IMG/VR virus record: IMGVR_UViG_3300030102_006951 | Location: 64,001-128,000 of that record | Direction: 5' to 3' (one strand) | Source of the DNA: a virus | Length of the DNA stretch: 64,000 nucleotides | Part shown: piece after piece, positions 9,842 to 20,061 of the stretch | How positions within the stretch are numbered: the stretch's first letter is position 1 | Layout: every line of letters begins with the position of its first letter | Notes under the pieces: model-generated | Seen by the model: the letters and a program-made list of their open reading frames with translations, nothing else | Databases searched by the model: none | What the model was told of the DNA's origin: nothing | Translations under genes and position numbers: made by a program

Positions 9842-11021
9842 ATATAAAGACTTAGCCAAAAAAGCATTAGAAGAAAATAGAAAAGAAGGTAAAAACATTA
9901 TTAACGAAAACTTACTCTATGAAGATGGTATTACAGAAAGAATACACCCTAAAATAGAGCAGAGAATTAGGGATGGTAAGCATTCTTTATCTGGTTGTGG
10001 GGTTTTCCCAGAAGGAGATATTATATCTAGTGAAATGAAATTGATTCGTGAACGATTCAAAGAGGTTGTAGTTAGGTGTAGAGAGGCTTTTGATGTAGAT
10101 GAGGTTGAAAATTCAATGATTATTAGTCAACAAATGCCTTTAGTTATGGAAGCTATGGCTATGGAAGAAAAACACAAAGAAGAACTTGAGAAGTTGGCTG
10201 TTGAAATGATTATGGAAGAATTTGATATTCCAGAGGGTTCTGTTGAATTTGATGCTAAATTAAGGCCAAAGATAACTAGGGCGGGTACTATTAACGAACC
10301 AAAAGAGTCTTTAGATGAAGATTTTAATGATAATGATGAAAAGGTTATGGCTAATGAACACGTTCATAAAAGAAGAGCCCTAAATGCAATGACACAGGGG
10401 GCCGCTAAAAGTGTTAATCATATGTTTCATATGGTTCATGAACAACTAACGGATATGAACCCTAGGTTACCAGGTAATTATAAGAAAATGATGTCGGCTG
10501 CTGATTATATGTACTTTATAATTCCAGATATGGACTCACAAATTAATGGTGGTAGATGTGATTGCGATTATCAAGAAACTGAAGATGGGGTGTCAAAACC
10601 AGTTATAAAAGCTGAGGCTATGGTTTTCCCAGTTTTAATTCATGAGTTATATAAAGGCGTTATGGAGGTTTTATCTGCACATGGCCTACCTACACAAGAG
10701 AATATAGCTGAATATGTGATTGGTAAAGCTGATTTTATTAAAGCTGAGCCAGACGATATGCGATTGGGAACGCCTATGTGGAGAAGATTTTGTGATGCTG
10801 TACCAGCTGAAGATTTTAATTTAAAACACCACGTTTATGCTGATTTAGCCTCTTTAGAACCTAAAGAGTTTAATGTAGTTATGAAAGAAGTGTTGGGTAA
10901 GACTAAGAGGGGTAAGAGTTTAATTACTGAAATGGTCTCTAACATAAAAAAGGAAATGCAAGAGGATGATTATAACGAAGCGATGGGTGACGACCTTTTT
11001 GAAATAGGAGACATTTTATAA
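9834..11021 (+). CDS. hypothetical head-region protein
   Basis: 395-aa ORF; basic N-terminus ending ALEE/IINE. Confidence 0.75.
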   Translation: MSRYKDLAKKALEENRKEGKNIINENLLYEDGITERIHPKIEQRIRDGKHSLSGCGVFPEGDIISSEMKLIRERFKEVVVRCREAFDVDEVENSMIISQQMPLVMEAMAMEEKHKEELEKLAVEMIMEEFDIPEGSVEFDAKLRPKITRAGTINEPKESLDEDFNDNDEKVMANEHVHKRRALNAMTQGAAKSVNHMFHMVHEQLTDMNPRLPGNYKKMMSAADYMYFIIPDMDSQINGGRCDCDYQETEDGVSKPVIKAEAMVFPVLIHELYKGVMEVLSAHGLPTQENIAEYVIGKADFIKAEPDDMRLGTPMWRRFCDAVPAEDFNLKHHVYADLASLEPKEFNVVMKEVLGKTKRGKSLITEMVSNIKKEMQEDDYNEAMGDDLFEIGDIL

Positions 11022-11043
11022 TAAATTATTAATACGAAATAAA

Positions 11044-11400
11044 ATGAGCAAAAAATCACTAGAAGAAAAATTATTAAAACCTTATTCAGATGGTGCGATT
11101 AAGATTAGGAGAATCCTTTTTAATTTATATAGACCCATAATGCACGACAAGTCTGAATCTATTTGGAATCAACATGCGTTATCATATCTTATGTTGGTTT
11201 TATTTATTTGGACTTCAATTCTTGTTGGAATGGATAGTGCAAATTATTACATACCATTTCTTTCTGGTTGGATTTTAATACCTATCACTTGGGTATACTT
11301 TAAGTTTTGCCCACAAACCTGGGTTGAGATGTATGATTATGAGAAAGAAGCTTTTAGAGCTATATGGAAATTACCAGCTGACTGGACGCCCATTAAATAG
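11044..11400 (+). CDS. membrane protein (2 TM segments)
   Basis: Hydrophobic segments ALSYLMLVLFIWTSILVG and YIPFLSGWILIPITWVYF. Confidence 0.65.
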   Translation: MSKKSLEEKLLKPYSDGAIKIRRILFNLYRPIMHDKSESIWNQHALSYLMLVLFIWTSILVGMDSANYYIPFLSGWILIPITWVYFKFCPQTWVEMYDYEKEAFRAIWKLPADWTPIK

Positions 11401-11420
11401 TTTTTTTTAGTTTAAATACT

Positions 11421-11453
11421 CCAACACCTTTTCTTTTTTTTTAGGTGTGTTGG
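11421..11453. terminator. imperfect stem-loop directly before the TerL promoter motif
   Basis: CCAACACCT-N12-AGGTGTGTTGG. Confidence 0.35.
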
Positions 11454-11479
11454 CATATTTATATAATATATATAAAAAT

Positions 11480-13276
11480 ATGCTTACCAATAAAGAAATA
11501 CTTACTGAGTACTTTAAGTGCGTTAAAAATCCAATACATGCTATAGAGACCTATCTTGAAACTAAAGATTTGACTCAGGGTGGTTTTGTACCTTTTAGAC
11601 TATTTCCTAGACAAAAAGAAATTATATCTGCATATGAAAATCATAGGTTTAACTTAGTTACAAAGCCTAGACAGGCTGGTATTTCAACTACAACACAAGC
11701 TTACATGGCTATTAAGGCAGCTTTTTGTGACCCAGATAATCCAGAAACTATATTGGTGATAGCAAATAAATTGAAGTTGGCCCAAAAATTTGTTAGAGGT
11801 ATAAAAGATTACTTAAGTCAAGTCCCTAGATGGGCTTGGGGTCCAGAATATTATGGCTCAGATGAGAATAATAAGAAGTCGATATTTGTTACCGATTCAA
11901 AAATAGAGTTAGAATTACCAAATGGGACTCAAATCATTGCAGTCGCTACATCTGAAGATGCACTTAGGGGTTATACACCAACTTTTTTGGTTTTTGATGA
12001 GGCTGCGTTTATTGACAATGGTGATGCTGTTTATGCAGCGGCTATGTCTTCTTGTGCTACTGGTGGTAAGGTTATGTTAATATCTACCCCAAATGGTATG
12101 GACCCACTATACTACAAAACTTACGAACAATCTAAGGTTGGTAAAAACACGTATAATGTGATTGAGATGAGGTGGTATGAAGACCCAAGATATAATAAAG
12201 ATTTAAGGTGGATTAAAAAGAATGAACAAGGTGATGTTGTTGAAGAAATTGAGGAGTTTGAATTTATTGTTGAAGGGTATGAGACAAAATTTAAAGATGG
12301 TTATAAGCCCACATCTAGTTGGTATGAAAATATGTGTATGACTTTAAATAATAATACCAGAAAAATAGCTCAGGAGTTGGATGTTTCATTTCTTGGTTCT
12401 GGTGGTAACGTAATAAATGATGAAGACATAACATTTCACGAAGAAAATAATGTTAAAGACCCAGTTTGGGTTGATGGTAAAGAAAGGGAATTTTGGATTT
12501 GGGAGAAACCCACAGAGGGGCATAAATATATTTTGGGTGTTGACGTTGCAAGAGGTGATGGTGAAGATTCATCAACAATGGTGATAATTGATTTTACAAC
12601 TATGACTCAAGTGATGGAGTATCAAGGTAAAATTAAACCAGATAAATTGGCCGAAATAGTTTATGAGTATGGAAACTTATATAAAGCATATACTGTAGTT
12701 GATATAACTGGTGGTATGGGAGTATCAACAGTTCTTAAATTACTAGAATTAAAATATAAACATTTACATTATGATGAACCAAGAGGCAAAATACTTAATA
12801 GTAAAAAGGCTCAATTGGATTTATACACTAAAGATAATCAGACACCTGGTTTTAATATTAATGGTGTTAGGACACCAATGATTGACCATTTGGAGTTTAT
12901 GATTAGGAGTAATGGGATTAAGATTAGGTCTAGAAGAACCACATCTGAAATGAAGACCTTTGTTTATAAAAATGGTAAACCAGACCACATGGAAGGTTAC
13001 CACGATGATTTATTAATGGCTTTTGCAATGCCTTTATGGGTGTTGGAACATTCATTTAAAAAATTAGAAAAAATGGAAAAGCAGTCTAGAGCTATGTTGA
13101 GTAGTTGGATGATTGGTGATTCAACAAAAAATAACGATAATTATAACACTGGGTTTGTACCAGCAAATCAAAGAAATAAAAAAGCGCTAAATAAACCTAA
13201 ATTTAGTCCAGATGTGTCTAAAAACATGCAAGACCCAAATGGTGATTATTTATGGTTATTTAGCGGTAGTAAGTAA
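11480..13276 (+). CDS. terL: terminase large subunit (T4 gp17-like)
   Basis: KPRQAGIST (Walker A), LVFDEAAF (Walker B), ISTPNG, GVDVARG and HDDL nuclease motifs. Start moved to ATG 11480. Confidence 0.95.
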   Translation: MLTNKEILTEYFKCVKNPIHAIETYLETKDLTQGGFVPFRLFPRQKEIISAYENHRFNLVTKPRQAGISTTTQAYMAIKAAFCDPDNPETILVIANKLKLAQKFVRGIKDYLSQVPRWAWGPEYYGSDENNKKSIFVTDSKIELELPNGTQIIAVATSEDALRGYTPTFLVFDEAAFIDNGDAVYAAAMSSCATGGKVMLISTPNGMDPLYYKTYEQSKVGKNTYNVIEMRWYEDPRYNKDLRWIKKNEQGDVVEEIEEFEFIVEGYETKFKDGYKPTSSWYENMCMTLNNNTRKIAQELDVSFLGSGGNVINDEDITFHEENNVKDPVWVDGKEREFWIWEKPTEGHKYILGVDVARGDGEDSSTMVIIDFTTMTQVMEYQGKIKPDKLAEIVYEYGNLYKAYTVVDITGGMGVSTVLKLLELKYKHLHYDEPRGKILNSKKAQLDLYTKDNQTPGFNINGVRTPMIDHLEFMIRSNGIKIRSRRTTSEMKTFVYKNGKPDHMEGYHDDLLMAFAMPLWVLEHSFKKLEKMEKQSRAMLSSWMIGDSTKNNDNYNTGFVPANQRNKKALNKPKFSPDVSKNMQDPNGDYLWLFSGSK

Positions 13277-13287
13277 AATTAAAAATT

Positions 13288-13533
13288 ATGGGATTAGGTC
13301 CAAAAGTATTTATTAGAAATAATCAGGGTAAAAACCCTGTGTCATTGTATAAATGGTCACCAGGCAATCAAGATGCTAAAATTAAGAAGGGTAAAGGCTC
13401 GGCTAAATATTTTTGTGTCTCACCAAGTGGTTCGCAAGGTAATGATTTTATATCAACATATAGTTATGTTCTTGTCATTTTAGATGGTGTTGCTGAAAGA
13501 CACCCTTATGTTCAATGTGATTATGTGAAATAA
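13288..13533 (+). CDS. hypothetical protein between TerL and portal
   Basis: ORF track. Confidence 0.65.
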   Translation: MGLGPKVFIRNNQGKNPVSLYKWSPGNQDAKIKKGKGSAKYFCVSPSGSQGNDFISTYSYVLVILDGVAERHPYVQCDYVK

Positions 13534-13581
13534 GTATTTAATTTTTTAAAAAATTAAGTATAATTAAACAAAATAAGAGTT

Positions 13582-15600
13582 ATGGCTAAACAGAAACTGA
13601 CTGTATTTCAAAGACTAAATAATATTTTTAGTCCAGATGGTATAAATGTACCAAAAGATAAAACTAATAGATATTCTATTGGTAATGATGTTTTATTAAA
13701 AACTCAAGATAAAAGCGAGTATGAATATGCTAAATTACAAGCTCAGCAAAACAAATACCTTGGTGGTATGTGGAGAAAAACTGAAGCTGAGTTATTTAGA
13801 CAGTCTATACACTATGAAACAACTCGTATAGGTTCTTATAGTGATTTTGAATCAATGGAGTTCTATCCAGAAATATCAGCAACTTTAGATATTATGATGG
13901 AGGAGTCTAGTACCGTAAATGAAAAGGGTAGGGTTTTAAATATTTACTCAGATTCTGATAGAGTAAAGACTATTTTAGAAGACTTATTTTTTAATAGGTT
14001 AGACATTCACACATCACTACCTATGTGGACTAGAAACACATGTAAGTATGGTGATAACTTTGTATTTTTAAATATTGATGATAGGGCTGGAGTTATTGGG
14101 GCTAGACAAATGCCCAACTTTGAAATGGAAAGAAGAGAGGGTGATATATTTAATGGTTTAGCAACAAATAATCATAGTGGTAGTGATGTTGATGAAGATG
14201 GTGAGTCTAAAGTTAAATTCTTTTGGAGGGGTAGAGACATGGAATTCAATTCATGGCAAATGGCTCATTTTAGATTGTTAGGTGATGATAGAAGATTACC
14301 ATATGGGACATCCGTATTAGAAAAGGCTAGAAGAATTTGGAAACAATTAATATTATCTGAAGACGCTATGTTGATTTATAGAATAACTAGGGCCCCAGAA
14401 AGAAGAGTTTATAAAATATTTGTTGGTAACATAGATGATGAGGATGTAACGGCTTACGTAGATGACATAGCAAATAGGTTTAAACGTACACCTATTGTAG
14501 ACCCACAAACAGGTCAAGTTGATTTAAAATATAATCAAATGGCGAATGACCAAGATTTCTTTATACCAGTTAGAAGTGAAGACGCTCCAACGCCAATAGA
14601 TACGCTACCTGGTGCAACTAATCTTGACCAAATAGCAGATATAGAATATTTACAAAGAAAACTATTTACGGCTCTTAGGGTTCCTAAATCATTTTTAGGG
14701 TTTGAAGAACCAACTGGTGAGGGTAAAAATCTAGCATTACAGGATATCAGATTTAGTAGAACAATAAATAGGATTCAGCAAGCTATGATTATGGAATTAA
14801 ATAAAATAGCTATACTACATTTATTCTTGTTGGGATTAGAAGATGAATTAGATAACTTTACTCTAACGTTAAATAATCCTTCAACTCAAGCAGAAATGCT
14901 TAAGATTGAACAATTGCAGTCTAAGGTTACATTATTCAAGGACGCTGTATCTGATGCTGGGAATGGATTTTCACCTATGAGTTTAACAAGGGCTCACAGA
15001 GAAATTCTTGGCTGGTCGGATGATGAAATTAAAAACGACTTACTATTACAAAGAATGGAAAAAGCGGCTTCGGCTGAACTTGAGAATACTGCCAACGTTA
15101 TTAAACATACTGGTACATTTGATGAAGTTGATAAAATATACGGAGATATGGAAGCTGCACTAAGTGGTGGTGGAGATTCCGCTAGTGGTGGAGATTCTGG
15201 AGACGGAGATTCTTCTGGAGGTGGTTTCGGAGGAGGCGGTGGCTTCGGAGGGGGTGGAGGCCTTGACTTTGGTGAAGGTGGTGATGAAGATGTTCCAGCT
15301 GATGAAGATGTTCCAGCTGATGAAGGTGGTGCTGATGAAGGTGGTGCTGATGAAGGTGGCGCTGATGAAGGTGGATTTGGTGAGTCAATTAGGTCTGAAA
15401 GGGATAATTTATTAGTTGAAAATAATATGCGTAAAAGTGGTGTGGTTAGTAAAAATAAATTTAATGATTTATTAAAATCTATAAAGCCAGAAGAAAAAAC
15501 TATTTTAAATGAAAGAGTTAAAATCACCGATAAAAACATTAAAATTAACGAAAGTGTTAATGATATGATTAGTGATATTGACAAAATGTTAGATGAATAA
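13582..15600 (+). CDS. portal protein (T4 gp20-like)
   Basis: KYGDNF, EDAMLIYRITRAPERRVY, IDTLPG, DIEYLQRKLFTALRVPK, DIRFSRTINRIQ. Confidence 0.95.
   Translation: MAKQKLTVFQRLNNIFSPDGINVPKDKTNRYSIGNDVLLKTQDKSEYEYAKLQAQQNKYLGGMWRKTEAELFRQSIHYETTRIGSYSDFESMEFYPEISATLDIMMEESSTVNEKGRVLNIYSDSDRVKTILEDLFFNRLDIHTSLPMWTRNTCKYGDNFVFLNIDDRAGVIGARQMPNFEMERREGDIFNGLATNNHSGSDVDEDGESKVKFFWRGRDMEFNSWQMAHFRLLGDDRRLPYGTSVLEKARRIWKQLILSEDAMLIYRITRAPERRVYKIFVGNIDDEDVTAYVDDIANRFKRTPIVDPQTGQVDLKYNQMANDQDFFIPVRSEDAPTPIDTLPGATNLDQIADIEYLQRKLFTALRVPKSFLGFEEPTGEGKNLALQDIRFSRTINRIQQAMIMELNKIAILHLFLLGLEDELDNFTLTLNNPSTQAEMLKIEQLQSKVTLFKDAVSDAGNGFSPMSLTRAHREILGWSDDEIKNDLLLQRMEKAASAELENTANVIKHTGTFDEVDKIYGDMEAALSGGGDSASGGDSGDGDSSGGGFGGGGGFGGGGGLDFGEGGDEDVPADEDVPADEGGADEGGADEGGADEGGFGESIRSERDNLLVENNMRKSGVVSKNKFNDLLKSIKPEEKTILNERVKITDKNIKINESVNDMISDIDKMLDE
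15165..15375 (+). repeat. low-complexity coding repeats in the portal C-terminal tail
   Basis: GGDS units, an 18-bp unit (DEDVPA x2) and a 15-bp unit (ADEGG x4). Confidence 0.8.
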
Positions 15601-15643
15601 CATTTTTCTTTTAAAAATACATATTTATATTTAAAGGTTAATT

Positions 15644-16411
15644 ATGAAAAATTTTGGTAAGATTAAAAATGTATTTAATAATATATTAGGTGAAGCAATT
15701 GCCAACAAGGACGTTTCTAAAAAAAAATTATTTAACAAGTATGTTAATAATTTAAAAGAAGACGAAATACTTAAAAAGCAATTTGACGTATACACCTATG
15801 TTGAGACATTAATAGAGGAAAATCAATTTAAAGCTTCAGAAAAAATAAAATTAAATCTAGATACCCTAAGTGAAATAAAAAGAGATGATATTATAGAATC
15901 TAACAATAGATTATTGTCTTTGCTTGGTGATGTTAAGTTAGATAGTAAATACGATAATGAAGAAATTCATGAATCAATTTCTAATTTAATATTTTCTAAG
16001 GATATTAACGACTATGTTGATTACCTAAATGAAGTTATTGATTATGTTAAATCTAATAAACCTAAAAAGATTTTTGAATCTACTGAAATACCTAACAGCA
16101 TTTTAACTTCAATAGTTGTTGATAAGTTTAATGGAAAATATGGTTCATTGGATGAGTCTAGTAAAGAACTAATAAAGTTAATGTTCAATGGTTCTGAAAA
16201 AGAAAAAATTAATCTTTTCGAGACTTCTGTTAAAGATTGCTTAAATTTAATAAACGCAAAGCTAAGTGATGATGGGGGTGATATAGAAGATTTAGAAGTT
16301 AAAGAGGGTCTAATGTCGGCTAAAGAAAATCTTTTACTAAGAGAATACAAAAAAGATACATTCGAAAAAGACATGGTAAAAATTATTAATCTTAAGAACG
16401 ATTTAAATTAA
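15644..16411 (+). CDS. helical head-module protein
   Basis: ORF track; follows the portal and has ATATTTAT upstream. Confidence 0.75.
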   Translation: MKNFGKIKNVFNNILGEAIANKDVSKKKLFNKYVNNLKEDEILKKQFDVYTYVETLIEENQFKASEKIKLNLDTLSEIKRDDIIESNNRLLSLLGDVKLDSKYDNEEIHESISNLIFSKDINDYVDYLNEVIDYVKSNKPKKIFESTEIPNSILTSIVVDKFNGKYGSLDESSKELIKLMFNGSEKEKINLFETSVKDCLNLINAKLSDDGGDIEDLEVKEGLMSAKENLLLREYKKDTFEKDMVKIINLKNDLN

Positions 16412-16416
16412 TTGCC

Positions 16417-16869
16417 GTGAATAACTCAAAAGAAAATATCAATAAACTTAAGTTGTTGGTTGAAGAACTAACTATAAGAGATACTAAAGTTTTTAAAAGA
16501 AAAGAACTTTTAGAGTTGTTAATGACCATAACTTCTGACGGGTTATGGGATTGGAATTTATCAACTAATGAAGTTTTTTTAAACCCTAACTATAAGATGC
16601 AGTTAGGTTATAAACCAGAAGAGTTAGAGGACTCACCTAAAACATGGGAAAAGCTTATGTTAGATGATGATTTAAAAGTCATGGAAGATAAACTAAATAA
16701 ACATGTTGCTAGTAAGGGTAAAGAGCCTTTTAAAATGGTTGCTAGGTATACACACAAAAATGGTCATACAGTTAAAATATTGTGTAGGGGTATGGTTGTT
16801 GAGTGGGATGATAATAATAAACCTATAAGGATGGTTGGGACTCATGTTGACCTGACGGATATTTGTTAA
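16417..16869 (+). CDS. stand-alone PAS (PAS_3/PAC-like) domain protein
   Basis: DGLWDWNL..NEV....LGYKPEE...W....HKNG....RG.VVEWD..KPIRMVGTHVDLT; no output domain. Confidence 0.88.
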   Translation: MNNSKENINKLKLLVEELTIRDTKVFKRKELLELLMTITSDGLWDWNLSTNEVFLNPNYKMQLGYKPEELEDSPKTWEKLMLDDDLKVMEDKLNKHVASKGKEPFKMVARYTHKNGHTVKILCRGMVVEWDDNNKPIRMVGTHVDLTDIC

Positions 16870-16878
16870 AATATTAAT

Positions 16879-17205
16879 ATGAAAAAGGATATAAATCAAA
16901 ATGGCTGGAATGAGTATTCTAAATTAGTTTTAGCTGAATTAGAAAGGCTTAATGAGAATGATGAAAGAATACAGGATACCCTGAATGAGATTAATCTTAA
17001 ACTTGGTAAGATTGATGCAATGGAAAAGGATGTTCAAGATATAGAAAGATGGAAAAAATATATGGATGACGTTGCTAGCCCAAACACCTTAAAAGATATT
17101 AAAAAGGATGTTAAGTCTTTGATAACATTTAAGACTGTAGCTACAACAATCTGGGCCGTAGTTCAAATAGCTTTCGGTGTATTTATTGCTTTCTACAAAA
17201 AGTAA
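16879..17205 (+). CDS. coiled-coil protein with a C-terminal TM helix (possibly lysis-related)
   Basis: Heptad-rich N-terminus; TVATTIWAVVQIAFGVFIAFYKK at the C-terminus. Confidence 0.6.
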   Translation: MKKDINQNGWNEYSKLVLAELERLNENDERIQDTLNEINLKLGKIDAMEKDVQDIERWKKYMDDVASPNTLKDIKKDVKSLITFKTVATTIWAVVQIAFGVFIAFYKK

Positions 17206-17212
17206 TTTACAT

Positions 17213-17241
17213 TTGACTTTTAAAAAAAAAATCGGTATTCT
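17213..17241 (+). promoter_or_regulatory. sigma70-like promoter
   Basis: TTGACT-N17-TATTCT ahead of the ATG at 17260. Confidence 0.5.
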
Positions 17242-17259
17242 TAATGAAAATTAAGAGTT

Positions 17260-17703
17260 ATGATTAGTAAAACAGGTAAACAGTTAATGGTTAAAAACTA
17301 TGAAAATTATAAAGTGCTTTCTGGCACTGTAGATAATAGAAAACCTAAAACATTATATTTAAATATTTCAGCGTGGGGACTTCCGCTAATAGATGATGAT
17401 GATATAAATTATAATGGGGTTATTAGATACTTAACAAAATCAATAAAAACAGAATTATTTAATACTTTGGATAGGTCATTATTTATGCCAAATAGAACAA
17501 TTGTTGATTTTGACATGAGGACATCTGGTATACAGTATGGTAAAAAAAGTTATATGAATTGTGAAATAACATTATTCCAAAAACATAGTTTTAAATTACA
17601 GGAAAAGATAATACAAAGTTCAATAAAAAGTATAAGTGAAAATATAACTGATACTGTTTTGGATAAAAATATTTATTTTTCTTTTCATAAAACTAAAAAT
17701 TAA
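17260..17703 (+). CDS. hypothetical protein
   Basis: ORF track. Confidence 0.75.
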   Translation: MISKTGKQLMVKNYENYKVLSGTVDNRKPKTLYLNISAWGLPLIDDDDINYNGVIRYLTKSIKTELFNTLDRSLFMPNRTIVDFDMRTSGIQYGKKSYMNCEITLFQKHSFKLQEKIIQSSIKSISENITDTVLDKNIYFSFHKTKN

Positions 17704-17775
17704 AAATTAACCATACTTTTATTAATAAAGCTGGGTTTTTATTTTTAATAGACATATTTATAATAAAAGAAAAGT

Positions 17776-18471
17776 ATGTCTGAAATTAAAATCTTAAAAC
17801 CTGGTCAAAGTGGATTTGGTTACTTAATAGAGCAAGATGCTGGATACATTTCTCCAGAAGATTCTAGAAACAAGGCTTTTATTAGTGAAATTAAAAAACT
17901 AGATAAAGGACAACCCATAATGGCCGAACCACTAGTACTATATGTAGTATTGCAAAAGTGGGGGGTTAAAAACAGGAATGGTAGGATATACCCAAAAGAA
18001 ATATTAGAGAGGGAAGTAGAAAGATATCAAGACCTAATTAAGGAAAGAAGGGCCGTAGGTGAATTAGACCATCCAGAATCTTCTATAATTGCTGGTGATA
18101 GAATATCACATAATATTATAGAAACTTGGTGGGAAGGTAAAACACTTATGGGTAAAATGGAAATTCTAATGACCCCAGGATACATTAATTATGGTATTGT
18201 ATCAACTAAAGGTGACGAGGTTGCTAATCTAATTAGAAATAATATTATGATTGGTGTTTCATCTAGAGGTGTTGGTTCTCTTAAACAAATCAACGGTGAC
18301 CATATAGTTCAAGACGACTTTGAAATAATCTGTTGGGATGTAGTCACGTCCCCTAGCACCCCAGGTTCCTGGATGTTTAGAGAAAAAAGTGAAGCTAAAC
18401 CATTTACTGAATCAACAAAAAATAAGTCTAATTTGCTCAAAGATAATATAAATAAATTTTTATTGGATTAG
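17776..18471 (+). CDS. prohead core protease (T4 gp21-like)
   Basis: KNRNGRIYP, GELDHP, SH, GVSSRGVGS, WDVVTSPS. Confidence 0.95.
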   Translation: MSEIKILKPGQSGFGYLIEQDAGYISPEDSRNKAFISEIKKLDKGQPIMAEPLVLYVVLQKWGVKNRNGRIYPKEILEREVERYQDLIKERRAVGELDHPESSIIAGDRISHNIIETWWEGKTLMGKMEILMTPGYINYGIVSTKGDEVANLIRNNIMIGVSSRGVGSLKQINGDHIVQDDFEIICWDVVTSPSTPGSWMFREKSEAKPFTESTKNKSNLLKDNINKFLLD

Positions 18472-18579
18472 TATTTTTATTTAATAAAATGTGCTTTTTT
18501 AGAAAAAAGCGCATATTTATTAACAAGTGGGGATTATATCCTCGTTTCAATAATTATTTTTTTAAAAAAATGAAAAAAA

Positions 18580-20025
18580 ATGGCAAATGAGAAATCAATT
18601 TTAGATGAGGCTTTTTTGGATGCGAAAAGAATCCAAGAAGCTCTAAATGCCAACACAAAAGAAATACTTCGTTCTATTACGAAAGAAGAAATTGACAGTG
18701 TAGTGAAAGAATCTTTACAAGAAGATTATTTAGAAGAAGATGTTGAGGACATTAAAGAGTTAGAAATGGAAGCTGAAGCTGGTGCTGAAGTAGAAATGGA
18801 TAGCGAAGAAGGTGACCTCGAAGTTGGTGACATCGAAAACTCAGAAGAAGGTGATGACGTTGAAGGCGATGAGCTTGATGGTGATTACGAATCTGGAATG
18901 GATGCGGTAGCATCAGATGACGAAGTTGAGATGGATATGACAGCGGCATCTGACGATGACGTTATAGCAGTTTATAAAAAATTAACTGGCGATGATGAAA
19001 TCGAAGTTGTAGTTGATGACGAAGCTGGTGAAGTTCATTTATCTGTTGAAGAACCTGGTGAGTATGTTATTAAGACAGACGAAGCTGGTAAAGAAGCTGG
19101 TGAAGGACTTGAAATGGAAGAAGGTTATTATGAAGAATCTGAAAACATGAAAGAAACTGAGCACATGGAAGAAAAAGAAATGTGTGAAGATGAAAATATG
19201 GAAGAAGGTTATTATGAAGAATCTGAAAACATGAAAGAAGCTGAGCACATGGAAGAAAAAGAAATGTGTGAAGATGAAAACATGGAAGAAGGTTATTATG
19301 AAGAATCTGAAAACATGGAAGAAGCTAAGGATGTTGATGAAGAAATCGTTTATGAAATCGCTTTAGAAGAAGAAATCACAGAAAAAGAAGCTTGTGAAGA
19401 AGGTGAAGAACTTTCTGAAGAAGTTGTTTCTGAAGAAGAGGCTTGCGAAGAAGGTGAGGAAATCGCTGAAGAGGAAGTTGCTGAGGGTGATGAGATTGAA
19501 GAAATCGCTAGAACTAAAGGGTATTATGCTTTACCAAAGCAAAAGGGAAGTAAAAACCCAGTTGCTAAAAATTATAACCCAGGTGGTGAAAAAATCAATG
19601 AGTCTAAAGAGGATGAAAAATACAATGCATTGTTAACAGAAGCTAAAGAGCTTAAGGGTAAAAACGAAGAATACAAAACTGCTCTTAAGAAATTTAGAAC
19701 TATGTTAGCAGAAACGGTTGTTTTCAATTCAAATTTAACTTACGTTGCTAAGTTATTTATGGAACATTCGACTACTAAGGAAGAAAAAGAATCAATCTTT
19801 AAAAGATTTGATGATGAAGTTTCTACACTTAAAGAGTCTAAAAAATTATATAAAACAATTGATAGTGAGTTGGGTAATAGAAAACCAATTAACGAAACAA
19901 TTGAAAATAAAATAGTAACTGAGGTTGCTTCAAGTAAGTCTGCTCAATTAAACGAGTCTACGGCTTATGTTGATAAAGAAACCTCAAGGATTATGGACCT
20001 TATGAAAAGAGTCAATAATCGATAA
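18580..20025 (+). CDS. prohead core/scaffold protein (gp22-like position)
   Basis: Extremely acidic with a coiled-coil C-terminus; lies between protease and capsid. Confidence 0.8.
   Translation: MANEKSILDEAFLDAKRIQEALNANTKEILRSITKEEIDSVVKESLQEDYLEEDVEDIKELEMEAEAGAEVEMDSEEGDLEVGDIENSEEGDDVEGDELDGDYESGMDAVASDDEVEMDMTAASDDDVIAVYKKLTGDDEIEVVVDDEAGEVHLSVEEPGEYVIKTDEAGKEAGEGLEMEEGYYEESENMKETEHMEEKEMCEDENMEEGYYEESENMKEAEHMEEKEMCEDENMEEGYYEESENMEEAKDVDEEIVYEIALEEEITEKEACEEGEELSEEVVSEEEACEEGEEIAEEEVAEGDEIEEIARTKGYYALPKQKGSKNPVAKNYNPGGEKINESKEDEKYNALLTEAKELKGKNEEYKTALKKFRTMLAETVVFNSNLTYVAKLFMEHSTTKEEKESIFKRFDDEVSTLKESKKLYKTIDSELGNRKPINETIENKIVTEVASSKSAQLNESTAYVDKETSRIMDLMKRVNNR
19114..19326 (+). repeat. 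84-bp tandem repeat (about 2.5 copies) in the scaffold gene
   Basis: Copies start at 19114, 19198 and 19282; unit MEEGYYEESENMKE(T/A)EHMEEKEMCEDEN. Confidence 0.9.
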
Positions 20026-20061
20026 TAAGTAATAAAACAAGAAAAAAAATAATTTAAAATT

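Noticed and set aside
14994-15584. Pro/Ser-rich, His-rich (15182-15388) and LMKV-repeat ORFs
   Set aside because: Alternative-frame or antisense readings of the portal's low-complexity tail.
19114-19326. Possible CRISPR array
   Set aside because: In-frame tandem coding repeats with no unique spacers; no cas genes in the window.
18752-19636. Phe/His-rich and Lys/Leu-rich ORFs overlapping the scaffold gene
   Set aside because: By-products of the GAA-rich repeat sequence.
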